A stretch of DNA of 64,000 nt, from contig JANRLD010000107.1 in NCBI GenBank assembly GCA_033762915.1, positions 31,215 to 95,214 on the forward strand. Direction: 5' to 3'. Below are positions 48,482 through 58,510 of the stretch, in pieces (positions within the stretch are counted from its first letter, which is position 1; every line of letters starts with the position of its first letter). This stretch comes from Meiothermus sp. Its GTDB lineage: Bacteria; Deinococcota; Deinococci; Deinococcales; Thermaceae. The notes beneath the pieces are model-generated. The model was not told the origin of the DNA and searched no databases. It was given only the letters and a program-made list of their open reading frames with translations. The translations under genes were made by a program, and so were the position numbers.

Positions 48482-51400
48482 CTAGCGGTGGCCTCGAGGC
48501 AGGAATGGCTTTTCAACGTGGGTGTAGGAGAGCGAAGCCACGGTGTAGGCAGCAATCAGCACAAAGGTCGTTAGGGCAAACCAGTAGCCCAGGTCGCTGA
48601 TGCCGAAATACTTGTACTCGGAGTTGTGGAACAGCCGTACCAGCTCCAAGATCGGGTAGTGCCAGATGTACAGCCCGAAGGAGACTCGAGCCGTATAGCG
48701 GGCGAACGGGTTGTCCATCCAGCGGTGCACGAAGGTCGCGAACGGGGCCGCGCCCAGCGCTAGCGCGATCAGCAGGGAGAAGGCGGGGAAGGCGTAGGGC
48801 TGCTCCCCGATGCTAAAGCTGAACTCCGGTGCGCGCCGCATGGCCCACATGATCCCGATTGCCCCCACTACCCCCAGCACGGTGAGCACATCGAAGGCGC
48901 GGTGCCGCCCCGCCATATTCGGGTTTTGGGCCAGCTGGTACTGGCGGTAGGCGATCCAGCCCGCGCACAACACGCCGACGCAGTAGTGGGCAAACATCCC
49001 CACCACGTTGTAGTGCATCATCCAGAACTTGGCCCCGCCGATCAGCCCGTAGTTCCAGCCGCGCTCGGAGGAGTCGGGCTCGAGGTTGACCAGAATCCAC
49101 TGGTGGGCTGTCATGGTCAGCAGCAGTACGGCCACCCAAAACGCGACCGCCAGCGGGAAGGATCTCGGATGTTCGGCCCCGGGTGCCCGGACCGCGTCCC
49201 CCGACCAGATCTTGGTTCGAACCACCGTCCGGGTCTTCACTTCGGTCAGGCCGTCGGGGCCGCTGCGGGTCTCGGTCTGCTCGGTGACCTGCTCGCTGAC
49301 GTGGCTAGGCCGGCGGGGGAAGACCCCGGCCAGCGCGAACAGCCCCACCATGAACAGGGGCATCAAGGCATAGCAGAACACCTCGAAGCCGATGCTCCAC
49401 AGCGGTCCGTTCAGCTCCACGGGGAAGAAGGTCACCCAGTGAAAGCCGGAGGTGAAGGTCAGTGCGCTTGCCAGCCGAAGCCACATCTGGTCGCCCGGTT
49501 CGAAGGCCCGGGCAATCAGAAAGGTGACGATCAGGGCCACGTAGAAGCCCGGGGCGATGCGGAGGAAGCGCCTGCTGGCGAACTCGCCCAGACTTGGCCT
49601 CGGCTTGCCCTGCAAGTAGCGCCGCCAGAACGGCAGCGCCAACAGCATCCCCGAGAGCACGAAGAAGACGCTCACCCCGAATGCGCCCGTCATCGAGAAG
49701 GCTTGGAGTTCTTGTATCCACTGGGGCTGCTCGGGCATGTTCAGCCGCTGCCCCAGGTGGCTGAATACCACCATCAGGCAGGCCATCGCCCGGATGCCGT
49801 CGGCCCCATCCACAACGCCGATGCTCGAGGCTGGGCCGAAGGTCTGTTGCAGGCGCTCGAGGAGGCCCAGCCGCCAGCCCTCCAGGGTCTGGCGCAGCCC
49901 CCTGGCGGGTCGGGCCGCGATCCCCAGGCCCCGCCCCAGCTGGCTCGCCGTCAGCCAGAAGACCAGCAGCACCGGCACCATGCCCAGCGCGGCCCCCATT
50001 GCCAGCGCGTAGCCCCCGCCGTCGGACAACAGCCCAAGGGCCTGCGGCAGCAGCCGGGTTTCCTCCGAGCGCATCAGGAAAATGGCGCTGTCGAGGTGGT
50101 TCCAGGTGGTCACGAAGGTCAGCAGCGCGACGGTGGTCAGCACCGGCGTCATCTGCGGCAGGGCGATGCGCCAGAAGACCAGCCAGTCCGAGGCCCCGTC
50201 CACCCGGGCCGACTCGACCAGCGACTTGGGAATCGCCGACTGGGTGTACTGCCGCACCAGGAAAACCCCCAGCGCACTCACCATCGCCGGGACCCACAGC
50301 GCTCTGGGCGTGTCGATCCAGTCCAGCAGGCGCATTTGGATCAGGTAGGGGATGGCGTTGGACATGGCCGGGAAGACCAGGGTGGCCATCACCACCAGGA
50401 ACAGCGGGCGCTTGTAGGGGAAGCTTAGAAGCGCGAAGGCGAACCCGGCCAGGGCGCTGGTGACCACCGTGCCGAGCGTCGCCAGGCCGGAGACGTAGAG
50501 GCTGTTCCAGAGGTTGCGCCAGAACAGCGGCAGGTACTCCATGAGCTGCTGGTAGTTGCTTAGGGCCCCGGCGCCCCAGGCCAGGCTGAAAGGGCCGCTC
50601 GAGCCCCCCAGCAGGTCCCGGAAGTACGGCGGCACATACTGCCAGAACAGTCCGGCCTCGGGGGGCGGCTGCGCCTCGTCTACCGGCTGCAGCAGCACGC
50701 TCGGCCCGCCGGTCCCCCGGGTGGCCTCGCTAAATAGCGAGAGGATGGGCAAGACGCTCACGATCAGCCCGGTCACCACCAGCAGCTTTATCACCACCGT
50801 GGTGACGGCGGGCAGCCTCAGGGGGGCGTGGTCGGCCTCGAGGCCCGCCGAGGTCTGAAGCTCGGTGAAGTTGCGACCGATCCAGAAGTAGGCCAGCGCG
50901 ATGATCGCCAGCATCACCCCGAAGAAGACCCAGGTCTGGGTGTTGGCCAGACCGAGATTGAAGAAGCGGAAGGCGGTTCCGTAGATGTAGCCGGGCAGAT
51001 TTACGGTGTCGAAATTGGCGTAGCTGGCCGTCCAGGCGTTGGTCTGGAGGCCCGAGACCAAGCTCATCCCGAAGGCCACAAATACCATCGGGCGCACCAC
51101 GGGAAACACGATCCGGCGGAGCTGGAGCCAGAAGCCCGCACCGTCGAGCTGGGCCGCCTCGAGCAGGCTCCGGGGAATCGCCCCAATGGCCATCAAATAC
51201 AACAGCACGTTCCACCCCACCGCGCTCCAGAGCTGGGCCGCCGCGTCGGTGCCGTAGGTGGGCAGGCTCGGCAGCCAGCCCAGCGGCTCGAAGGCCCGGA
51301 GCCAGCCCAGCACGTCGTTCACCGGGGTCAGCAGCAGGGTCAGAAAGAGGGTCAGCGAGGCCGAAAGCGAGAGCGAGGCGGCCAGGTAGGGCAAGAAGAA

Positions 51401-51760
51401 CAGCGCCCCCAGGCTGCCCAGCGCCCTGGCGAAGACCAGGTGCAGCGCGAAGGCCAGCGGCAGCGCGATCAGGTGCTGGGCGATCACCACCGGAAGGCCC
51501 GCGGCCAGTGAGCGCCCCATGGCCGCCCAGTAGTCGGGGTCGCGCAACACCAGCAGGTATCGGCTAAGCCCGCGGAATTCCATTGCGTCGGAGCCGGAGA
51601 GCACCCACAAGTTGAGCGAGACGTAAAACGAGTACCCCAGACCGAACAGCCCGAAGGCCGCGAAGATTAGGAAATAAGGCGCGACAAACCACAGGCCCGA
51701 GCGCTCTCGAGGGGCCTGGTTGGCAGGCCGGGCGGCGGGCTTGGGGAGGTCGCGGGTCAT
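48482..51760 (-). CDS. Fusion protein: MalF-like permease + MalG-like permease + acyltransferase-3 (OafA-like) domain
   Basis: EAA loops 'LLEAAQLDGAGFWLQLRRIVFP' and 'LVESARVDGASDWLVFWRIALP'; AT3 motifs DGIRAMACLMVVFSH, GVSVFFVLSG, RRFLRIAP, LWSIGFE, SFGLYIWHYP, SYTHVEKP. One uninterrupted 1092-aa frame. Confidence 0.88.
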   Translation of the reverse strand: MTRDLPKPAARPANQAPRERSGLWFVAPYFLIFAAFGLFGLGYSFYVSLNLWVLSGSDAMEFRGLSRYLLVLRDPDYWAAMGRSLAAGLPVVIAQHLIALPLAFALHLVFARALGSLGALFFLPYLAASLSLSASLTLFLTLLLTPVNDVLGWLRAFEPLGWLPSLPTYGTDAAAQLWSAVGWNVLLYLMAIGAIPRSLLEAAQLDGAGFWLQLRRIVFPVVRPMVFVAFGMSLVSGLQTNAWTASYANFDTVNLPGYIYGTAFRFFNLGLANTQTWVFFGVMLAIIALAYFWIGRNFTELQTSAGLEADHAPLRLPAVTTVVIKLLVVTGLIVSVLPILSLFSEATRGTGGPSVLLQPVDEAQPPPEAGLFWQYVPPYFRDLLGGSSGPFSLAWGAGALSNYQQLMEYLPLFWRNLWNSLYVSGLATLGTVVTSALAGFAFALLSFPYKRPLFLVVMATLVFPAMSNAIPYLIQMRLLDWIDTPRALWVPAMVSALGVFLVRQYTQSAIPKSLVESARVDGASDWLVFWRIALPQMTPVLTTVALLTFVTTWNHLDSAIFLMRSEETRLLPQALGLLSDGGGYALAMGAALGMVPVLLVFWLTASQLGRGLGIAARPARGLRQTLEGWRLGLLERLQQTFGPASSIGVVDGADGIRAMACLMVVFSHLGQRLNMPEQPQWIQELQAFSMTGAFGVSVFFVLSGMLLALPFWRRYLQGKPRPSLGEFASRRFLRIAPGFYVALIVTFLIARAFEPGDQMWLRLASALTFTSGFHWVTFFPVELNGPLWSIGFEVFCYALMPLFMVGLFALAGVFPRRPSHVSEQVTEQTETRSGPDGLTEVKTRTVVRTKIWSGDAVRAPGAEHPRSFPLAVAFWVAVLLLTMTAHQWILVNLEPDSSERGWNYGLIGGAKFWMMHYNVVGMFAHYCVGVLCAGWIAYRQYQLAQNPNMAGRHRAFDVLTVLGVVGAIGIMWAMRRAPEFSFSIGEQPYAFPAFSLLIALALGAAPFATFVHRWMDNPFARYTARVSFGLYIWHYPILELVRLFHNSEYKYFGISDLGYWFALTTFVLIAAYTVASLSYTHVEKPFLPRGHR

Positions 51761-51809
51761 CGTGTGGGGACTGGCTTGGGGAAGGGGAGGCCCGCCACCG
51801 GCCGTTGGC

Positions 51810-52814
51810 CTAGTTTCTGCCCTTGGGGGTGGTGCTCTTGCGCACCACCAGCCTGTTGGGGACGATCACATTGTGCATGGGGCCGCCCTCGAGCAACAGC
51901 TCCACCCCTTTGCGACCCAGCTCCTCCTTGTCCACACGCACGGTGGTGAGGCTGGGGTGGGAGTGGCGGGCGGCGTAGATGTCGTCGTAGCCAACCACCG
52001 CAATCTGCTCGGGCACCCGGATGCCGTGCTCGCGTAGGTACCGCAGCACCGCCAGGGCGGTATCGTCGTTGAAGGTGAAGATGGCGTCGGGCGGCTCGGG
52101 CAGGGCCAGCAGCCGCTCCATGGCGGGCACGGTCCCCTCGACCGCCTCGGCGGGCTCGCGGGTCACGTCGAGGTCGGGGTCGGCGGCGATTCCCGCGTCG
52201 TACATGGCCTTGCGGTAGGCCCGCCGGCGCTCGCGGATGCTGTAGTGCTCGGGGCCGGCGATAAAGGCGATGCGCCGGCGGCCCTGGGCGACGAGGTGCT
52301 GGGTGGCCTGGTAGGCCCCGTCGAAGTTGTCGGTGTTGACGGCGGGCAGGTCGGCGGCGAAGTGGTCGATCAGCGCTACCGGGACGCCGCTGGACTGGAT
52401 TGAGGCCAGCACCTCGGGCTCGAAGTAGCTCACGCACAAAATGGCGTCGGCCTCGTGGCGGCGCACCAGCTCGGCGACCGGCTGCTCGAGGGTAATCAGC
52501 CCGAAGGAAAGGACCAGGTCGTTCTGGCGGCAGGCCTCCTCCACGCCATGCAGCACTGGGCTGTAGAAGGGGTTGGCGGAGGGCGCGAAGTGGGCGCGGT
52601 GCAGGAAGCTGATCCGCTTGAGCTTTGCGGGGCGAAGGTTGCCCAGGTTATAGCCCATGCGCTCGGCGATCTGAAGGATGCGGTGGCGGGTCTCGTCACC
52701 GACGCCGGGCTGATTCTTTAACGCCCTCGAGACAGTTCCGATGGAGACCCCAGTGCGCTCAGCAATGTCCCGCACGGTGATGGGGCCTGGGTTGTGCAGC
52801 TCGGTTCGTCTCAC
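51810..52814 (-). CDS. LacI-family transcriptional regulator
   Basis: ITVRDIAERTGVSIGTVSRAL, PDAIFTFND, VPEQIAVVGYDD, PSLTTV; GTG at 52814 just after TATACT. Confidence 0.95.
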   Translation of the reverse strand: MRRTELHNPGPITVRDIAERTGVSIGTVSRALKNQPGVGDETRHRILQIAERMGYNLGNLRPAKLKRISFLHRAHFAPSANPFYSPVLHGVEEACRQNDLVLSFGLITLEQPVAELVRRHEADAILCVSYFEPEVLASIQSSGVPVALIDHFAADLPAVNTDNFDGAYQATQHLVAQGRRRIAFIAGPEHYSIRERRRAYRKAMYDAGIAADPDLDVTREPAEAVEGTVPAMERLLALPEPPDAIFTFNDDTALAVLRYLREHGIRVPEQIAVVGYDDIYAARHSHPSLTTVRVDKEELGRKGVELLLEGGPMHNVIVPNRLVVRKSTTPKGRN

Positions 52815-52842
52815 GCCCCCAGTATAGCGCAACATCCGAGAT

Positions 52843-53040
52843 TTTTACTAAACAGATGTAAAAATCAAGCTGTGAGCGCTAAACAAGCTGATTGTTTATA
52901 ACTTGAACTACGATTGATAGGTTTGTTGCGTAAACACCAAAAAGGGGTGACTTTTAGAATCCAGAACGTCATTTCCTGCCATGATTTGACAACACAATGA
53001 AACCTATGCTACTGTTTTAGGTGCGTTTACTAAACAAATC
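52843..53040. promoter_or_regulatory. Divergent control region with LacI-type operators and a sigma70 promoter
   Basis: TTTACTAAACA twice (~52844, ~53026), TGTGAGCGCTAAACA (52871), TTGACA (52986)-18 nt-TACTGT (53010) with an extended TG. Confidence 0.65.
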
Positions 53041-53151
53041 AAACGCAGCTCAAACTCGAGGGGGTGACCACTGCAAGGAGCCGGGAGGAGGCGACCATAC
53101 GCTTGTAGGTGAGCGTGGTGGGTGGTTTTCGAGTCTAAAGATCAGGAGGAC

Positions 53152-54522
53152 ATGATGAAGTCGAGCACGAAAAAGTTGATGGCGGCTGCGCTGGTGGGCG
53201 CTTTCGCGCTGGCCACCGTGGGACTGGTGTTTGCCCAGGGTGCGCGCACCAAAGTGGTCTGGTACATCGGGCTTGGGACGGGAGCCTCGGCCCAGCAGGT
53301 TCCGATTCAGAAGGCCGCCGTCGAGCGGTTTAACAAGTCGCAGGACAAGATCGAGCTGGTCATGGAGGTCGTGGACAACAACGTGGCCGCCGACCAGCTG
53401 GCCGCCCGCATCGCTGCGGGTAATGCCCCCGACTTCGTAGGCCCGGTGGGCGGCGACGGTTACGCCAAGTTCCGCGGGCAGTTCGCCGACCTGACCCCCC
53501 TGATCGCCAAATTCAAGCCTGACACCTCGGGCATGGACGAAGCCTTGCTCAAGTTCTACTCCGCCGGCAGCGTGCGCGAGGGCCTCCCCTACGCCGTCTA
53601 CCCCTCCTTCATCTTCTACAACAAGGACCTCTTCGACGAGGCCGGGCTGCCCTACCCCCCTGCCAAGTTCGGCGAGCGCTACCAGGGCCGCACGTGGGAC
53701 TGGAACACCCTGCGCCAGATCGCGATGAAGATGACCATCGACGCAAACGGTAAGGACGCCACCGAGACCGGCTTCGATGCTAAGAAGATCGTCCAGTTCG
53801 GCTTCGTGAACCAGTGGAACACCGGCGCTACCGCCATGGCCACCACCTTCGGAGCCGCCAGCCTGACCAACGCCCAGGGCCGCGCCCAGATTCCTGCCAA
53901 CTGGATTAACGCTTGGAAGTGGTACCAGAACGGTATCTGGAAAGACCGCTTCATGCCCAACCAAGAGGAAATGGGCCAGGAAGTCTTCGGCTCGGGCAAC
54001 AACTTCAACTCTGGCAAGTTCGCGATGGCGTACACCCACCTGTGGTACCAGTGCTGCCTCGACGGCGGCGCCAACGCCAAGGTCAAGAACTGGGGCGTCG
54101 CGGTGGTGCCTAGCTACAACGGCAAGTACACCGCCAAGCTCCACGCCGACACCTTCCGCATCATGAAGTCCAGCAAGAACCAGGACGCCGCGTTCCAGGC
54201 CATGTGGTGGCTGATGCAGCAGCCCGACTTGCTGCGCACCTACGGGGCCTTCCCCGCCGACGAGCGCCTGCAAGACGACTTCATCAGCGAGATCAACAAG
54301 AAGTACGCTCAGAACGCCAAGATCAACTGGCAGACCGTCAAGGACAGCCTCAAGTATGTCGATGTACCCAGCCACGAGCAGTGGGTGCCCAACTACTTGA
54401 AGAGCTTTGACATCCTGACCAAGTTTGCCAACCGCATCTTCGCGGAGCCCAACATGAACATCAACGCCGAGGCCAGCAAGCTGCGCGTTGACCTGCAGAA
54501 CTCCTTCAACCAGGCGCGTTAA
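53152..54522 (+). CDS. Sugar ABC transporter substrate-binding protein
   Basis: AGGAGG RBS, signal peptide, 'IAAGNAPDFVGP', 'IFYNKDLFDEAGLPYP', 'FNSGKFAM'. Confidence 0.93.
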   Translation: MMKSSTKKLMAAALVGAFALATVGLVFAQGARTKVVWYIGLGTGASAQQVPIQKAAVERFNKSQDKIELVMEVVDNNVAADQLAARIAAGNAPDFVGPVGGDGYAKFRGQFADLTPLIAKFKPDTSGMDEALLKFYSAGSVREGLPYAVYPSFIFYNKDLFDEAGLPYPPAKFGERYQGRTWDWNTLRQIAMKMTIDANGKDATETGFDAKKIVQFGFVNQWNTGATAMATTFGAASLTNAQGRAQIPANWINAWKWYQNGIWKDRFMPNQEEMGQEVFGSGNNFNSGKFAMAYTHLWYQCCLDGGANAKVKNWGVAVVPSYNGKYTAKLHADTFRIMKSSKNQDAAFQAMWWLMQQPDLLRTYGAFPADERLQDDFISEINKKYAQNAKINWQTVKDSLKYVDVPSHEQWVPNYLKSFDILTKFANRIFAEPNMNINAEASKLRVDLQNSFNQAR

Positions 54523-54529
54523 CCCCGTC

Positions 54530-54567
54530 GGGCGGGCGCTCTCCTCCAGCGCCCGCCCCCTTCTTCT
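54530..54567 (+). terminator. Intergenic stem-loop after the SBP gene
   Basis: GGGCGGGCGCT-ctcctcc-AGCGCCCGCCC followed by CCTTCTTCT. Confidence 0.7.
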
Positions 54568-54817
54568 GTGGCCCTGATGGTCGTCACTACCCCTAGCTGC
54601 GACCATCGGGGCCGTTTTGCGGGAAAGCACCGGACCCGTTTTGCAGCTTGATCGGCGTATTCATCCGAAAACTGTCGCCCTCGAGCGGCCCGTGAGAGAA
54701 CTCCCCAGGGTTAGAGTGCGGGGCCAAGCAATAGACTTTTGAAGAGGAATAACACAGACCAATTTTCGCATAAAGGAGCGTGGCTATGCGGTGGAGTCTA
54801 TCTCACAGGAGGGCACT

Positions 54818-55759
54818 ATGGCCCTGACGGCCCCCAAGGAGTCCAAGTTCAAGATGTCCAGGATGGCGGTGACGGAACGCCGCTGGGGGCTGGCGCTGGT
54901 CTCGCCGTGGATCGCGGGGCTGCTGCTGTTCTCGGTCTTCCCGATGCTGTTCTCGTTGGTGCTGGCCTTCACCAACTACAATCTCGTCGACCAAAGCGAC
55001 TTCCGCTTCGTGGGGTTCAAGAACTGGATCGACCTCTTCCAGGACTCCTCGATGCAGAAGTCCTTCGGGGTCACGCTGCGCTACCTGATCATCGTGGTGC
55101 CCTTCCTGATCCTCTCGCCGCTGCTGATGGCGGTACTGCTCAGCAACCCCAATGTTAAGTTTCGCAGCCTGTGGGTGACGCTGTTCTTCCTGCCTAACCT
55201 GATCCCGGCGGTGGTTACCGGTCTGATCTGGAACAACACGCTGAACTCTCGAGGCCCCATCAACGAGTTCACCCAGTGGCTGTTCGGCTGGCAAGGCCCG
55301 GCCTGGCTCCAGGACGCGCTGTGGGTGATGCCCGCCATCGCCATCATCGGGCTGTGGAGCATCGGCTACACCATGCTCAACATGATGGCCGCGCTCAAGA
55401 ACGTGCCCAGGGAGCTTTACGAGGCCGCCACCATCGACGGCGCCAACGGTTTGCAGTGCTTCTTCCGCATCTCGCTGCCGCTGATGTCCAACGTGATCTT
55501 CTACAACGTGGTCACTGGCATCATCGGCGGCTTCCAGTACTTCACCGTGGCCTACCTGCTCTACCGCGGCCAGGGCGGCCCCAACGATGCCGCGCTGTTC
55601 TTCATGCTCAAGCTCTACAAGGAGGCCTTCAACTACTACAACATGGGCTTCGCCTCCGCGATGGCCTGGGCCATGTTCGTGGTTTGCCTGATCATCACCC
55701 AAATTCTGTTCTCCACCTCGAAGCGGTGGGTTTACTACTCCACGGAGGGCAAGGAATGA
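54818..55759 (+). CDS. Carbohydrate ABC transporter permease (MalF-like)
   Basis: FVGFKNW, ELYEAATIDGANGLQCFFRISLP, MGFASAMAW. Confidence 0.95.
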   Translation: MALTAPKESKFKMSRMAVTERRWGLALVSPWIAGLLLFSVFPMLFSLVLAFTNYNLVDQSDFRFVGFKNWIDLFQDSSMQKSFGVTLRYLIIVVPFLILSPLLMAVLLSNPNVKFRSLWVTLFFLPNLIPAVVTGLIWNNTLNSRGPINEFTQWLFGWQGPAWLQDALWVMPAIAIIGLWSIGYTMLNMMAALKNVPRELYEAATIDGANGLQCFFRISLPLMSNVIFYNVVTGIIGGFQYFTVAYLLYRGQGGPNDAALFFMLKLYKEAFNYYNMGFASAMAWAMFVVCLIITQILFSTSKRWVYYSTEGKE

Positions 55760-56838
55760 GCATCGCCGCCAAGACCGCCGCCGAGCCCAAGGGGGCAACC
55801 CGTGGCAGCTTTCTCAACAAGCAGCTGAAGCCCTTGATCGTCTCCGCCCTGTTCACCCTGTTTGTCTTCTGGCTGATGACCATCTACCTCCGCCCGATGA
55901 CCGACTTTGTCCTGACCTCGCTGCGCGACGGCTCCAAGGAGATCAATGCACCCCGCATCCCCTCGAGCCCCGTCACCTTCGAGTATCAGGGCGAGGTTTT
56001 TGAGGTGTACAAGGTGCCCATCGACGGCCAGACCCGCGACCTGGCCCTGGTGCGCAAGGGCCGCACTCAGAGTGTGTTCATCGACCCCGCCAACCCCACC
56101 CAGGAGATCACCTGGGAGGGCCGCTGGCGCACCCTGGATCGCGCCTGGGTGGTCAATCCCCAGTGGAAGAACTACCCTGAAGCCTGGAAGCAGATCGACT
56201 ACCCCAAGCTGCTGCGCAACACCTTCATCATCGCCATTATGAGCACCATCGGGGCGGTGCTCTCGGCCATCGTGGTGGCCTATGGCTTCTCGAGGTTTGC
56301 GATCCCCGGGAAGAACATCTGGATGTCGATCCTGATGGCCACCATCATCCTGCCGCCGCAGGTCACGATCGTCCCCACCTACATCATGTTCTTTCAAATC
56401 GGCTGGGTACCTTCAATGCTCCCCCTGATCGTACCTGCCTTCTTTGGTAGCGCCTGGAACATCTTCCTGCTGCGCCAGTTTTTCATGAACATCCCCAAGG
56501 AACTTGATGAGGCGGCCATGATTGACGGGGCCAACCCCATGCGCATTCTCTGGAGCATTATTGTCCCGCTCTCGTGGCCGGCCATCATCGCCGTGGCCAT
56601 CAACTCCTTCCTCTACAACTGGAACGACTTCTTCAACCAGATCCTCTACCTCGCGGGCCGCGAAGACCTCCGCACCATCTCCCCCGGCATCCAGAGCTTC
56701 AACTCGGTCTACGGCGCCGCCAACCCGCAGTACGTGGCCGCCGCCGCCATCATCGCCAGCATCCTCCCTATCATCCTCTTCTTCGCCGCCCAGCGCCCCT
56801 TCATGCGGGCGGTGATGACGCAGGGGGTGGACAAGTAG
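55756..56838 (+). CDS. Carbohydrate ABC transporter permease (MalG-like) with an extracytoplasmic insertion
   Basis: FLLRQFFMNIPKELDEAAMIDGA, WNDFF; ATGA overlap with the upstream permease. Confidence 0.95.
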   Translation: MSIAAKTAAEPKGATRGSFLNKQLKPLIVSALFTLFVFWLMTIYLRPMTDFVLTSLRDGSKEINAPRIPSSPVTFEYQGEVFEVYKVPIDGQTRDLALVRKGRTQSVFIDPANPTQEITWEGRWRTLDRAWVVNPQWKNYPEAWKQIDYPKLLRNTFIIAIMSTIGAVLSAIVVAYGFSRFAIPGKNIWMSILMATIILPPQVTIVPTYIMFFQIGWVPSMLPLIVPAFFGSAWNIFLLRQFFMNIPKELDEAAMIDGANPMRILWSIIVPLSWPAIIAVAINSFLYNWNDFFNQILYLAGREDLRTISPGIQSFNSVYGAANPQYVAAAAIIASILPIILFFAAQRPFMRAVMTQGVDK

Positions 56839-57124
56839 ACGGGGAGCGGCCAGAAGCGGTGGAGAGCTCGAGGTTCAGCCAGCCGCACCCACCCCGCGCG
56901 CTGCTTCTGGGTTGACAGCACCCCGCCGCCTTATCTACCCCAGTCCGTAGACAGACTCCCCGTACCCTGCCCTCATTCGCAGTTACCGCTCTCGCTCAGC
57001 TCTGGGCGGAAAGTGGACTCCGAGATTAATGTGCTCCGTGGACCCTCCATTCTGCGCACCGTCGCGCTCCGGCACCGTACCGTCCGTTCCCGACCGACCC
57101 CAGGCTCTGACCTCTAACACACCC

Positions 57125-58510
57125 ATGAAGACACTTATCCAATTCCCCCCCAACTTCTTCTGGGGCGCGGCAACCAGCTCGCACCAGATTGAAGGGAGTC
57201 CGGCCCTCGAGGGCCTCGGCGAGAGCGTTTGGGAGATGTTCTGCCGGCGCAGCGGCAAGGTCCAGGACGGCAGCAACGCCTTAATTGCCTGCGACCACGT
57301 CAACCGCTACCCGGAAGACGTGGCGCTGATGAAGCAGATCGGGCTGCAAGCCTACCGTTTCTCGGTGGCCTGGCCCAGGGTTTTGCCCGGCGGAACCGGC
57401 CAGGTCTCCAGCAAGGGCCTGGGCTTCTATGACCGGCTGGTAGACGAGCTTTTGGGGGCGGGCATCGCGCCCTGGGTGACGCTGTACCACTGGGACCTTC
57501 CGGTGGAGCTGTACTACCGGGGCGGATGGCTCAACCGCGACAGCGCGGACTGGTTCGCCGATTACACCTGCGCCGTGGTGGACCGGCTATCCGACCGGGT
57601 GCAGAACTGGTTCACCCTAAACGAGCCGCAGGTGTTCATCTGGCTGGCCATGCGGGAGGGCGTCCACGCGCCGGGCGACAAGCTGGGCTGGAATGAGGTC
57701 ATCCGGGCCGGCCATCACGCCATGCTGGCCCACGGCAAGGCCGTCCAGACCATCCGGGCCTACGCCAAGAAGCCGCCCAAGGTGGGGTACGCGCCGGTGG
57801 GCATCACCTACCGACCCGCCACCGACAGCGCTGCCGACCTCGAGGCCACCAAGAGGGCCTTCTTTGGGATGGGCCACCGCACCCTCTGGTGCAACGCCTG
57901 GTGGATGGACCCGGTCTTCAACGGGCACTACCCCGAGGACGGGCTGAAGATCTTCCATCCCTTCGCCCCGCCCATCCAGAACGGCGACCTCGAGACCATC
58001 CACCAGCCCCTGGACTTCTTTGGGGCCAACATCTACCACGCCCAGACCATCCGCTCAGGCCCCGACGGCAGACCCGAGGTAGTGCCCAGCCCCCAGGGCA
58101 CCGCCCGCACCCTGATGGGCTGGGATGTGGTGCCCGAGGCGCTCTATTACGGTCCCAAGCTCTTCTACGACCGCTACAAGCTGCCGGTGGTGGTCACCGA
58201 AAACGGGATGAGCAATACCGACACCCTGAGCGCCGACGGCAGGGTGCACGACGACGCCCGCATCGAGTTCACCCGCGCCTACCTCGAGCAGTACGCCAGG
58301 GCCGCCCAGGACGGGGCCGACCTGGCGGGCTACTTCCACTGGTCGCTGATGGACAACTTCGAGTGGGACCGGGGCTACACCCAGCGCTTCGGGCTGATCC
58401 ACGTGGACTACCAGACCCAAAAGCGCACCCTCAAGGAGAGCGCCCACTGGTACGGCAGGTTGATTGCTACGCATGGCAGGAGCCTGAACCCGCCGGTGGA
58501 GGTCGGATGA
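57125..58510 (+). CDS. GH1 beta-glucosidase
   Basis: FFWGAATSSHQIEG, YRFSVAWPR, TLNEP (acid/base), VTENG (nucleophile), WSLMDNFEW. Confidence 0.96.
   Translation: MKTLIQFPPNFFWGAATSSHQIEGSPALEGLGESVWEMFCRRSGKVQDGSNALIACDHVNRYPEDVALMKQIGLQAYRFSVAWPRVLPGGTGQVSSKGLGFYDRLVDELLGAGIAPWVTLYHWDLPVELYYRGGWLNRDSADWFADYTCAVVDRLSDRVQNWFTLNEPQVFIWLAMREGVHAPGDKLGWNEVIRAGHHAMLAHGKAVQTIRAYAKKPPKVGYAPVGITYRPATDSAADLEATKRAFFGMGHRTLWCNAWWMDPVFNGHYPEDGLKIFHPFAPPIQNGDLETIHQPLDFFGANIYHAQTIRSGPDGRPEVVPSPQGTARTLMGWDVVPEALYYGPKLFYDRYKLPVVVTENGMSNTDTLSADGRVHDDARIEFTRAYLEQYARAAQDGADLAGYFHWSLMDNFEWDRGYTQRFGLIHVDYQTQKRTLKESAHWYGRLIATHGRSLNPPVEVG

Noticed and set aside
31574..54630. Long antisense ORFs (for example 31574..33205, 48902..50428, 53050..54630)
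   Set aside because: These are typical high-GC antisense shadows of well-supported genes and show no protein motifs.
55276..58506. Extended starts for the second permease (55276) and the mannosidase (57889), suggesting fusions
   Set aside because: The extensions are alternative frames of the upstream genes; ATGA-coupled starts at 55756 and 58507 explain them.
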